From NCBI GenBank assembly GCA_964568335.1, contig CAZMQY010000003.1, forward strand, positions 2,930 through 38,561: DNA of 35,632 nt, read 5' to 3'. The notes under the pieces are model-generated. The model saw only the letters and a list, made by a program, of their open reading frames with translations. It made no database searches and was not told where the DNA came from. Shown here in pieces: positions 19,026-26,889 of the stretch; within the stretch, counting starts at the first letter, position 1, and every line of letters begins with the position of its first letter. The stretch is from an uncultured Clostridium sp. (GTDB lineage: Bacteria > Bacillota > Clostridia > Clostridiales > Clostridiaceae). The position numbers and the translations under genes are program-made.

Positions 19026-19409
19026 ATGAATAATAAAGTTAAAATTAGAATATCCGAGAATGCTTACGACAGATTAATCTATATACTAAAGGATAACACA
19101 GAATATTCACATTTACGCTTTAGCTTTAAAGACGGCTGCTGCAACAGCTCTAAAATTGAACTTTACTTGGATAATGTTAGAGCTGGAGATATTGAAGAAA
19201 CTATTGAAAAACTCCCAATTATATACAACTCTCTTGTTATAGGCAATATTAAAGACATAACAGTAGTTTATAGAAATGGTTCTTTTATGGTTAAAACTGA
19301 ACTATTAAATGGGTTAAAGAGTAATTGTTCAACCTGCACGTCAGGTTGTGGAGGCAACGCTAATGCTTCTGAAGGCTGCTTAAATTGCAAAAAAGATGGC
19401 TATCACTAG
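19026..19409 (+). CDS. HesB/IscA-like Fe-S biosynthesis family protein with a Cys-rich tail
   Basis: N-terminal I.ISE.A, RFSFKDGCC and LYLD....D motifs; tail CSTCTSGCGG...GCLNC. Confidence 0.55.
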   Translation: MNNKVKIRISENAYDRLIYILKDNTEYSHLRFSFKDGCCNSSKIELYLDNVRAGDIEETIEKLPIIYNSLVIGNIKDITVVYRNGSFMVKTELLNGLKSNCSTCTSGCGGNANASEGCLNCKKDGYH

Positions 19410-19418
19410 CCATCTTTT
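19391..19418. terminator. Bidirectional terminator
   Basis: AAAAGATGGCTA-tcac-TAGCCATCTTTT between convergent genes. Confidence 0.8.
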
Positions 19419-19824
19419 ATATTAGCTCAGGAAACCATATTCCTATTTCCCTTTCGGCATTTTCTACGCTGTCTGAAGCATGTACGAGGTTTCTTGCCTT
19501 ATCGCAAGCAAATTTACCTCTTATGCTTCCCAAGTCAGACTTTAAAGGATCCTTATCACCATTTATCCTTCTTACAATCTCTATGGCATCATCGCCTTCT
19601 ACAACCATAGCACATAGTCTGCCTTCAGTTATATAATTAATCAAAGGATCAAAGTACGGCCTTCCTTTATGTTCTTCATAATGTTTTTCCGCCATTTCAA
19701 TGCTGGATTTAAGTGTTCTTAAAGCAATAATATTTAAATTCTTCTTTTCATAAAAGCTTATTATTTCTCCAATAAGCTTTCTCTCAACACCATCTGGCTT
19801 AATTAATATTAACGTTCTTTGCAT
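19417..19824 (-). CDS. ndk: Nucleoside diphosphate kinase
   Basis: RTLILIKPDG, HYEEH..RPYF, GSIRG and catalytic NLVHASDS. Start at ATG 19824 (MQRT) with RBS GGGAGA. Confidence 0.95.
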   Translation of the reverse strand: MQRTLILIKPDGVERKLIGEIISFYEKKNLNIIALRTLKSSIEMAEKHYEEHKGRPYFDPLINYITEGRLCAMVVEGDDAIEIVRRINGDKDPLKSDLGSIRGKFACDKARNLVHASDSVENAEREIGIWFPELI

Positions 19825-19943
19825 AAATATTTTTCTCCCATCTTGCAAGTATATTATAATATAGTTTTATATTTTAACATATAAATAAAAAAATATACAC
19901 TAGTAATAAATTCCACTAAGCGTATATTTTAAATAAAACAATA

Positions 19944-20174
19944 TTAGATATATTCCTTTTCAAGGTAATAATGGTCAATTCCTTTTACATTGACTGAATC
20001 TTCCCCAAACAAATCATAAGAAAATATATCTTTAACTTTACTGAACCTATTTCCAGTTAAATCTTTAAAAGGACACACTCCAGCATTTTCTTCCCATTTA
20101 TAAAAGGCACATTCTCCAAAACAATCAACCTTATTTTCTTTAGTAGACAGAAAAGAACATAATGGCATCCCCAT
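19944..20174 (-). CDS. Small Cys-rich hypothetical protein (possible metal finger)
   Basis: RBS GGGGAGG; C-x11-C-x3-C-x11-C pattern (CSFLS...DCFGECAFY...CPF). Confidence 0.75.
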   Translation of the reverse strand: MGMPLCSFLSTKENKVDCFGECAFYKWEENAGVCPFKDLTGNRFSKVKDIFSYDLFGEDSVNVKGIDHYYLEKEYI

Positions 20175-20511
20175 ACCCTCCCCGATATTTAACCTTTTAT
20201 ATCATTATAATGTAAACATGGAAAAAAATGAAGAGCCTTTTAAAATGTTCACCATTTATTAAATTTTATTTAACTAATTAGATACTCTATTCTTTATAAA
20301 CTTCCCTTCAAGCTTATCATCTTTATTTAACTTATAGTTTCCAACACCATGTCAAGCTTTATCCCATTACCAATATACCACCAGACGCTTGAAGTTCCTG
20401 CAATTCTCTTTTTTATTGCACTTATATATTATAAATATGATTGTAATATATATTCTACCATTATGGTTATACTATAATATATAAATTCTTCTCTAGACTG
20501 GAGGCAATTAT

Positions 20512-20856
20512 ATGAACATGACAAGCTCTTCATTATCCTATCTCTTTATTGCAATTGCAGTTATTGATTTAGCCTTTGTTTTTTATTTTAAGGTATTAGT
20601 TATGAATACATCGCAAAGCAGTAAACATAGAGATAAAATTATAGGCAATATGAAGGATCCCGATGATTGGAGGAGCCGAAATAATAGAATGTCCTATATA
20701 TTTTTATTCTGGTGCATAGCCTCCTTTGCCGTATTTGTTTACTTAAAATATTTCTTTGGCGTAGGCTTAGTTTCAACAGTATATGTTATAGGCTTCTTAG
20801 CTGCAATGATTATTTCTATTGCTCTATTTGGTATCAGAAGGAAGACTGCTGCATAG
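20512..20856 (+). CDS. Hypothetical membrane protein (three transmembrane helices)
   Basis: RBS GGAGG; three hydrophobic helices; the 3' end overlaps the Nudix gene by 23 bp. Confidence 0.75.
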   Translation: MNMTSSSLSYLFIAIAVIDLAFVFYFKVLVMNTSQSSKHRDKIIGNMKDPDDWRSRNNRMSYIFLFWCIASFAVFVYLKYFFGVGLVSTVYVIGFLAAMIISIALFGIRRKTAA

Positions 20857-21463
20857 GCACTTCCTTTTTTATTATATCCGCAAAGCTTTTGACCATCATT
20901 GCAGTGAAACCCCATATTACATAATTTTCATATTGATAAAAATATTGTTCCATAGTTCCTCTGCTGAATTTATAATTCTTTCCTCCCTGAACGAGATGAT
21001 AAGGAAAATCATCTTTTAACTTTGGTCCAATTTCCATTTCGTAAAGCAGTGGCTTCGTATTTATAAAATAGCTTATGGGCACCTTAAATATATGATCTAC
21101 TTCTTCTTCATTAGGTCTTAAACTGTTTTTATTCAATTTAGATACGAATGGATATATTATGGTTCCATAGGGGCTAACAAAATAATCCATCTCGCCTATA
21201 TATTCTATATCCCGATGTTCTAAATTAAGTTCCTCTAAAGTTTCTCTCACGGCGGCTTCCTTAGGGCCCTCATTTTCTTCTATCCTCCCGCCTGGAAGAC
21301 ATATATCTCCAGGCTGATGTCTTAAGTGTTTTGCTCTAACCTCAAAGACTATATGCACTTCATTATTTTCTTCTACTAAAAGTATCATTACTGCACTTTT
21401 TTTGTGCCTCCCTAATATGTCCGATCTTCTATTATTAAAAACATTTTCTATTTTATTTATCAT
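20834..21463 (-). CDS. Nudix hydrolase, CoA pyrophosphatase type
   Basis: R...LR.QPGDICLPGG, AAVRETLEEL, EVDHIF.VP and IWGFTA motifs. Confidence 0.9.
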   Translation of the reverse strand: MINKIENVFNNRRSDILGRHKKSAVMILLVEENNEVHIVFEVRAKHLRHQPGDICLPGGRIEENEGPKEAAVRETLEELNLEHRDIEYIGEMDYFVSPYGTIIYPFVSKLNKNSLRPNEEEVDHIFKVPISYFINTKPLLYEMEIGPKLKDDFPYHLVQGGKNYKFSRGTMEQYFYQYENYVIWGFTAMMVKSFADIIKKEVPMQQSSF

Positions 21464-21566
21464 ATATACCTCACTAGTTTTTTTCTAAGTTGTTTATATA
21501 AATTAATTATATTATATATTTTTATTTATTTATACTTTGTGACTAAATTAAATTTTTCTAGCTAGT

Positions 21567-21594
21567 GTCACATCGTAAAAACCAGCATATTATA
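21567..21594 (+). promoter_or_regulatory. Candidate sporulation (sigmaE/sigmaK-like) promoter
   Basis: GTCACA-13 nt-CATATTATA; the CATAnnnT -10 is typical of mother-cell sigma factors. Confidence 0.4.
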
Positions 21595-21599
21595 CTATT

Positions 21600-21737
21600 A
21601 AAAGATAAATTGATTTATAGCTTATTTTTGATATATATCTTTTTCATATGTTCCTCCCCATTATATACACCCTTACTTAAAGCAGATGGCTGGTGGTACA
21701 CCCCCCTTTGAATTTTCCACCAGTCCTTTGCTTTTTT
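21600..21737 (+). ncRNA. Candidate trans-acting small RNA with C-rich anti-Shine-Dalgarno motifs
   Basis: 5' stem AAAGATA/TATCTTT; C-rich tracts TTCCTCCCC, TACACCCTT and TACACCCCCCTT; 3' hairpin of 18 positions (21679-21696/21717-21734; one mismatch, two G-U pairs) plus a U tract. Confidence 0.55.
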
Positions 21738-21802
21738 GCTTTTATTTATGGGAAAATATAGGTATAATAATTAGGAAAAGCATACAAAGGAGGCATTCAT
21801 TA

Positions 21803-22828
21803 ATGAGATTTATAGATTTAAGAAGCGATACAGTAACCATCCCTACTCAAGCTATGAAGGATGCAATGTACAACGCCGAAGTTGGCGATGATGTGTATGG
21901 TGATGACCCAACAGTAAAAGAACTTGAGGCCTACGCTGCTGAACTCGTTGGAAAAGAAGCTTCGCTGTTTGTTCCTAGTGGAACCTTTGGAAACCAATTA
22001 GCTCTTCTGACACACTGCCGAAGAGGGGACGAAGTTATTCTAGGAGATGACAGTCATATAGTTGCTCACGAGGTTGGGGCTTCTGCCGTTATTGCAGGAG
22101 TTCAACTAAGAACTTTAAAAAGCTATAAAGGAGCTATAGATCCAGCCGAAGTAGAATCAAAAATTAGAGGAGTAGACATACACTTTCCTAGTACAGCACT
22201 TATATGTCTGGAGAACGCTCATTCCTTAGGAACAGTTATACCTCTTGAAAATATGAAAAGCATCTATAACATAGCAAAAAAGCATAACTTGCCAGTTCAC
22301 CTTGACGGAGCTAGAGTATTTAATGCCTCAGCCTCTTTAAAAGTTGATGTTAAGGAAATAACCCAATACTGCGATTCAGTTAACCTTTGCTTATCAAAAG
22401 GGTTGTGCGCGCCGGTAGGTTCAATTTTAGCAGGAAATAAGGAATTTATCGATAAGGCTAGAAAAGGTCGGAAACTTATGGGTGGAGGACTTAGACAGGC
22501 AGGTTTCTTAGCTGCTGCAGGTCTTGTAGCTCTTAAGGATATGACAGGAAGACTGCTGGAAGACCATGAAAATGCCAAATATTTGGCTATAGAACTTTCT
22601 AAACTACCTGGTATTAAGGTTAATTTAGAGGATGTACATATAAATATGGTTTTCTTTAACGCATGTGAAACCAATTATAACTTGGAAAAACTTACACAAG
22701 AACTTTATAATAGAGGTATAAAGATAAACCCTGCTGAAAACGGGGAATTCAGATTTGTAACAAATTATTGGGTTACAAGAGAAGATATTGGTTTTGTTAT
22801 TAATACATTAAAAGAGATTTTAGGTTAA
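21803..22828 (+). CDS. ltaE: Low-specificity L-threonine aldolase
   Basis: IDLRSDTVT, GDDVYGDDPT, PSGTFGNQ, HLDGAR and PLP-lysine CLSKGL. Start at ATG 21803 with RBS AAGGAGG. Confidence 0.93.
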   Translation: MRFIDLRSDTVTIPTQAMKDAMYNAEVGDDVYGDDPTVKELEAYAAELVGKEASLFVPSGTFGNQLALLTHCRRGDEVILGDDSHIVAHEVGASAVIAGVQLRTLKSYKGAIDPAEVESKIRGVDIHFPSTALICLENAHSLGTVIPLENMKSIYNIAKKHNLPVHLDGARVFNASASLKVDVKEITQYCDSVNLCLSKGLCAPVGSILAGNKEFIDKARKGRKLMGGGLRQAGFLAAAGLVALKDMTGRLLEDHENAKYLAIELSKLPGIKVNLEDVHINMVFFNACETNYNLEKLTQELYNRGIKINPAENGEFRFVTNYWVTREDIGFVINTLKEILG

Positions 22829-22831
22829 ATA

Positions 22832-22876
22832 AAAAAGATGGTTGAAGCAAAGTATTTTGCCTTCAACCATCTTTTT
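22832..22876. terminator. Bidirectional terminator
   Basis: AAAAAGATGGTTGAAG...CTTCAACCATCTTTTT between convergent genes. Confidence 0.85.
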
Positions 22877-22878
22877 AT

Positions 22879-23433
22879 TTATATAAGTTTCTTTTGTAAT
22901 TCCTCAAGGAGATTTAAATACTTCTCTTGGGTTCCATGATTTGCAGCATTAATTTCAACATCGCTGCAGCTTTTTTCAACCTCTTCCATCCCTGACTCGC
23001 TTAGAGCTCTCCTTGCAAAAGTATAAATAGCTGTATCTTCCTTATCGATGTGTCTATTAAGCAAATCAGTATAACTTATAGCATTTGCAATAATGTCTAC
23101 TCTGGAATCCGTATCTCCTTCTTTAAATCTTTCCAAGGCTGCCTCAAGGTTAGACATATATAATCTCCCTAAATCATGCTCAACAAGCATTCCTGCAATT
23201 GGACCTTTAGTAACCTTTTCACCAAGCTCATCTCCCATCTTTTTAAAGAGTATATTTTCCTCCTTAGCATGATGGTGTTTGTCAGCATAATTTCTTACAA
23301 AGTCTATAACTTTATAGAAGTCTTCAAAATCTACAGCTTCATTGTTTAAAACCTTAATACACATCGCTCTAACTGTCTTAAGCATTCTCTTTATATTTTT
23401 GTGCTCGTTTACCATTAATTCTATAGCGTCCAT
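22879..23433 (-). CDS. Hemerythrin (HHE) domain protein
   Basis: EH, HHAKEE..LF, EH..GR and HIDKED motifs; RBS AGGAGG. Confidence 0.88.
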   Translation of the reverse strand: MDAIELMVNEHKNIKRMLKTVRAMCIKVLNNEAVDFEDFYKVIDFVRNYADKHHHAKEENILFKKMGDELGEKVTKGPIAGMLVEHDLGRLYMSNLEAALERFKEGDTDSRVDIIANAISYTDLLNRHIDKEDTAIYTFARRALSESGMEEVEKSCSDVEINAANHGTQEKYLNLLEELQKKLI

Positions 23434-23503
23434 AAAATTTCGACCTCCTATCTAATATACAGTTATTCTAGATTTAGTTTTAATCTTAATGATATAAATA
23501 TTC

Positions 23504-26500
23504 TCATATTTTCTCTAATAAATCAATAAACTTATTATAATTTTTAATAACGCCCTCATCTAGATCTAATTTTATAGAGGTATTTTCAAAGCGCTGTAAA
23601 AGATCAACATAGCTTTCAACTTCTTTTATAAGCTGCTGCTTTTTTAGCTTGTCTTTTTTAAGTCTGCTCTGAGTTTGTCTCATATGCATAAGCATTGTTT
23701 CAACATAATTAATTCTTAGCCTTCTAATAAAATCATGATTTAAATTATGCATATATACTAAGGCATTAAAGGCCATTTTCTCTCCAGAGGTAAACCTCCA
23801 GTATATAGGTCGCTTTTTATATATCTTCATATGATTCTTATAAAAGTATTTTAAAAAATATTTACTGATAGTAATCAAAGGCTGATCTGATTTCTCTCCT
23901 CCTATAGCAAACGCAATAAACTTCAGATTTTCCTTAAGCTTATTCTTTCCAAAACATAAGCTAATAAATTCTATAAATTTATTTATCAGACTTTCTTCAA
24001 AGACATGCTCCTTTGTTAATGGAATGCAGTTAACAGTTGAAAAATTATCTAACGTATACCTTCCTAAAATACATCCAATAGAATAGGACATAAAGCTTAT
24101 CATATCCTCTTTTAGATTTGCTTTAGCAACAGTTATATCTTCATCAGCTATTTCAGAGTTTAGCTCTCCTTCTAAGCCGTATAATTTAATAAAGATTTTA
24201 TTTAATTCTTCTTCCTTTTCCTTTAGCAAATAATATTGCTCATTGCAATATTGCTTCCATGAATAAAATATTTCTTCAAGACTACCGCTACTCAGCTTAA
24301 AAATTATGAAGGGATGTTTTTCAAATTCTAAAGAAGTTTCCTTAAAGCTCCAGTCCCTCTGTGATATTTCTATACATTCTTTAGACAACTTGTCAATCTT
24401 ACATCTTAAGTCTTTATCTTCAGCCAAAATAAAAGGAATACTTTTTACATCCTGCACCTGATAATTTATTGTAGGATTATATAGGTGCATAATTGTAGAG
24501 ATAACCTTAGAGTTCAATAGCGCAAGCAAATAGTACTTCAGACTTTCATCTCGCAAGTGAAAGGTTGGCCCACCCTTATCATATATATTTTTACCTACCT
24601 CTCTTACTGCAAAACCTTTCAATGATATGCCGCTATATGTAATTCCTGCTCTAAAACAATACTCCTCACTTAAAAGATTAGAGGTATTATTTATTTTATA
24701 GAACTCCTTTGCATCTTCACACCAGTCAACTACATATTCGATATTGCCATACCATTTTCTATAGGCTCCACCCTTTGTGTAAAGCTGCCATCTTTTATTT
24801 ATGCTGCTTCTGTCTATTTCCCAGTGCTTTCTCAAATACTTGTCATTATCTGCAGTTACATTTTGAGAACCTGTAATATCTATGTACTTTTCAAGCCTTT
24901 CAGCTTTTGTAAATACATCTAAAAGCTTTTTTGAAACCCAATAGGCAATTGGACATCCAGGAATAAGCTTAAATCTTTTAAGACTACAGCAAAATCTATA
25001 GTTTACATCAGAATTTGTTATAGCCTCTATTACCTTGAGGGGTTGATTTTCAGCTCCCTTATAGTCAGATAGCCTAATGTAATCCCCTGCTGCAGACTCA
25101 CTGTAATTCCCTATAACGAAGGTACATATGGGCACAGTAGCATCCGCATATGCAGAATATTCCAACTGTATTAAAGATACAATTGATTTTTTATCAATAA
25201 TATAACTTCTTAGCTTTTCATATTCTTTTATGAACATCCATACAAAAGGCGTCATAAATGCCGCATATCCAAAGCCTTTTGTATAATTTAGATTTCTTAT
25301 GATGAATACAGAAAATAAATCACCATTGTAAAGTGAATATTTTTCTTTTATAAAAGTTTTAAGGGTTCTATGCATATACTTTTTACTCATATAGGGTGGA
25401 TTTGTACAAACTACATGATATTTTTGTGATATAATTCTGCTTTGCTTAACTAAATGATTGAGGAGTTCTAAAAGCTCATTGCACTCTTTATATGAAATTT
25501 TATTTATGTATTTTAGTCTTTCTTCCCAAAAGTTTAAGTCAAAATTATTAATTTCTAATAACGAACCTAATTCTTCACCATTCATAAATGAATTTATAAG
25601 GTTTTCTATCTGTTTTCTAGCAAAACTCTCGCTCTCTACTTCCTGAAGAAGAATTTCTTTATAATTAGCCAAAGAGTTAGAGTCTATAATGCATAATAAA
25701 TTACTGGTAAAATGTTCAAAACTAATTTTATTAAAAAAACTTACATCCTTTTCTCTTGCCAGGAGAATAAGAGCAGCCTCCGCAATTGCAACAGCATCTT
25801 GATCTATATCTAATCCAAATATATTGTTTTTAATTATAAGCATAGGAATCTCCTTTTGCTCATACCCGCAGCTCTTATATATATAAAATAAGACTTCAAA
25901 GACATAAACCAATATATGTCCGCAGCCACAGGCAGGATCTAAAAACCTTATATCTTCAGGGATTAAATCTCCGAAAATTTCCTTATGCTTATATTTATAA
26001 CTGGTGTTCTTATCTTTAGCTTCAATATAATACTTAAGCTTATCCTTTAAAGGTGATGATTCCTTATTCTCAACCCAAAGCTTTCCCAGCGAGTTATCTA
26101 CCATGTACCTTACTATCCATTTTGGTGTAAAAAACTGAGTAGCCGCTGGAACATTCTCGGATCTTATTATACCATTGTTCATGCCCACAATATTTTCATA
26201 ATCCTCGGTCAAGTAAAATTGATGAAGCCAGCCTATAGTTTCAACTTCACGGAGTTCTTCATTATTTACCTTAGTGATAAATTCATTAACAAAGGAATCC
26301 TCTCTTAATTGTATTTCTAAAAAAAGCTCAGTATTTTCATTATTTTTATCATTGAATATTTTAGGGAAAATTTTTTTAAGGTACTCAATACTATTTCTTA
26401 AAGAACTACGGTGTCTTTTATCCTTTTCTAGACTAAAGAATCTGCAGTTATCAGGTAAGTATCCTTTCAAGTCTACAAATCGTAAAATAACAAATCGAAT

Positions 26501-26635
26501 AAACCATAGGTATGTATTTATTTCTGTACATTTTTCATCAAGCTTAAATCCATTTAATCTTATACATTCATATAAATCTTCTTTAAGCTTTTTTCTTCCC
26601 CACAATGCAAAGTTTTTTAATACCCCTTTATTCAT
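23504..26635 (-). CDS. pglX: BREX PglX (BrxX)-like N6-adenine DNA methyltransferase, apparently orphan
   Basis: PglX hallmarks: N-terminal MNK..LKNFA.W.RKKL, ETIGWLHQFY, VPAATQFFTPKWIVRYMVDNSLG, LDPACGCGHIL, NPPY and C-terminal YKKRPIYW...LDLDEGV..NY. RBS AAGGTGG favours ATG 26635. Confidence 0.88.
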   Translation of the reverse strand: MNKGVLKNFALWGRKKLKEDLYECIRLNGFKLDEKCTEINTYLWFIRFVILRFVDLKGYLPDNCRFFSLEKDKRHRSSLRNSIEYLKKIFPKIFNDKNNENTELFLEIQLREDSFVNEFITKVNNEELREVETIGWLHQFYLTEDYENIVGMNNGIIRSENVPAATQFFTPKWIVRYMVDNSLGKLWVENKESSPLKDKLKYYIEAKDKNTSYKYKHKEIFGDLIPEDIRFLDPACGCGHILVYVFEVLFYIYKSCGYEQKEIPMLIIKNNIFGLDIDQDAVAIAEAALILLAREKDVSFFNKISFEHFTSNLLCIIDSNSLANYKEILLQEVESESFARKQIENLINSFMNGEELGSLLEINNFDLNFWEERLKYINKISYKECNELLELLNHLVKQSRIISQKYHVVCTNPPYMSKKYMHRTLKTFIKEKYSLYNGDLFSVFIIRNLNYTKGFGYAAFMTPFVWMFIKEYEKLRSYIIDKKSIVSLIQLEYSAYADATVPICTFVIGNYSESAAGDYIRLSDYKGAENQPLKVIEAITNSDVNYRFCCSLKRFKLIPGCPIAYWVSKKLLDVFTKAERLEKYIDITGSQNVTADNDKYLRKHWEIDRSSINKRWQLYTKGGAYRKWYGNIEYVVDWCEDAKEFYKINNTSNLLSEEYCFRAGITYSGISLKGFAVREVGKNIYDKGGPTFHLRDESLKYYLLALLNSKVISTIMHLYNPTINYQVQDVKSIPFILAEDKDLRCKIDKLSKECIEISQRDWSFKETSLEFEKHPFIIFKLSSGSLEEIFYSWKQYCNEQYYLLKEKEEELNKIFIKLYGLEGELNSEIADEDITVAKANLKEDMISFMSYSIGCILGRYTLDNFSTVNCIPLTKEHVFEESLINKFIEFISLCFGKNKLKENLKFIAFAIGGEKSDQPLITISKYFLKYFYKNHMKIYKKRPIYWRFTSGEKMAFNALVYMHNLNHDFIRRLRINYVETMLMHMRQTQSRLKKDKLKKQQLIKEVESYVDLLQRFENTSIKLDLDEGVIKNYNKFIDLLEKI

Positions 26636-26723
26636 AACCATCCACCTTAAACTAATTTTTTGGATTTTTAGTATATATATATTTTAGCATTAATAGCATA
26701 ATTTTCCTATAGATATAAACTTG

Positions 26724-26752
26724 TTGAAGTTATTCTCACGATATATTACAAT
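26724..26752 (+). promoter_or_regulatory. sigma-A promoter of pfk
   Basis: TTGAAG-17 nt-TACAAT, implying a leader of about 130 nt. Confidence 0.55.
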
Positions 26753-26789
26753 TATTTAGAGTAAAGACAATACTAAATATTGCATTAAA

Positions 26790-26862
26790 GATTAACAAAT
26801 TCATCATATAAATTTTTATTGAGTAAAAAACTATGAAGATTTATATGATGAATTTGTTAATC
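26790..26862. repeat. 24-bp perfect inverted repeat in the pfk leader
   Basis: GATTAACAAATTCATCATATAAAT (26790-26813) and its exact reverse complement (26839-26862). Confidence 0.92.
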
Positions 26863-26889
26863 ATAACTAGCTTTGAGAGGAGAGAACAT

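Noticed and set aside
20268-20360. In-frame TGA before a short minus-strand reading frame (possible selenoprotein or pseudogene)
   Set aside because: A TAA lies a few codons upstream in the same frame, and there is no start or RBS.
21686-21802. N-terminal extension of ltaE in the ORF track
   Set aside because: It runs through the terminator-like hairpin; the strong RBS and family start are at 21803.
23504-26641. A complete BREX system or defence island
   Set aside because: Only pglX is present and the flanking genes are metabolic; no integrase or att-like repeats were seen.
26790-26866. Rex operator at pfk (TTAACAA and TTGTTAA half-sites)
   Set aside because: The half-sites are in the wrong order and about 55 bp apart; they belong to the long inverted repeat.
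26833-26889. N-terminal extension of pfk in the ORF track
   Set aside because: The upstream ATG has no SD and sits in the hairpin; the family start MKNCLVAQSGG has an RBS.
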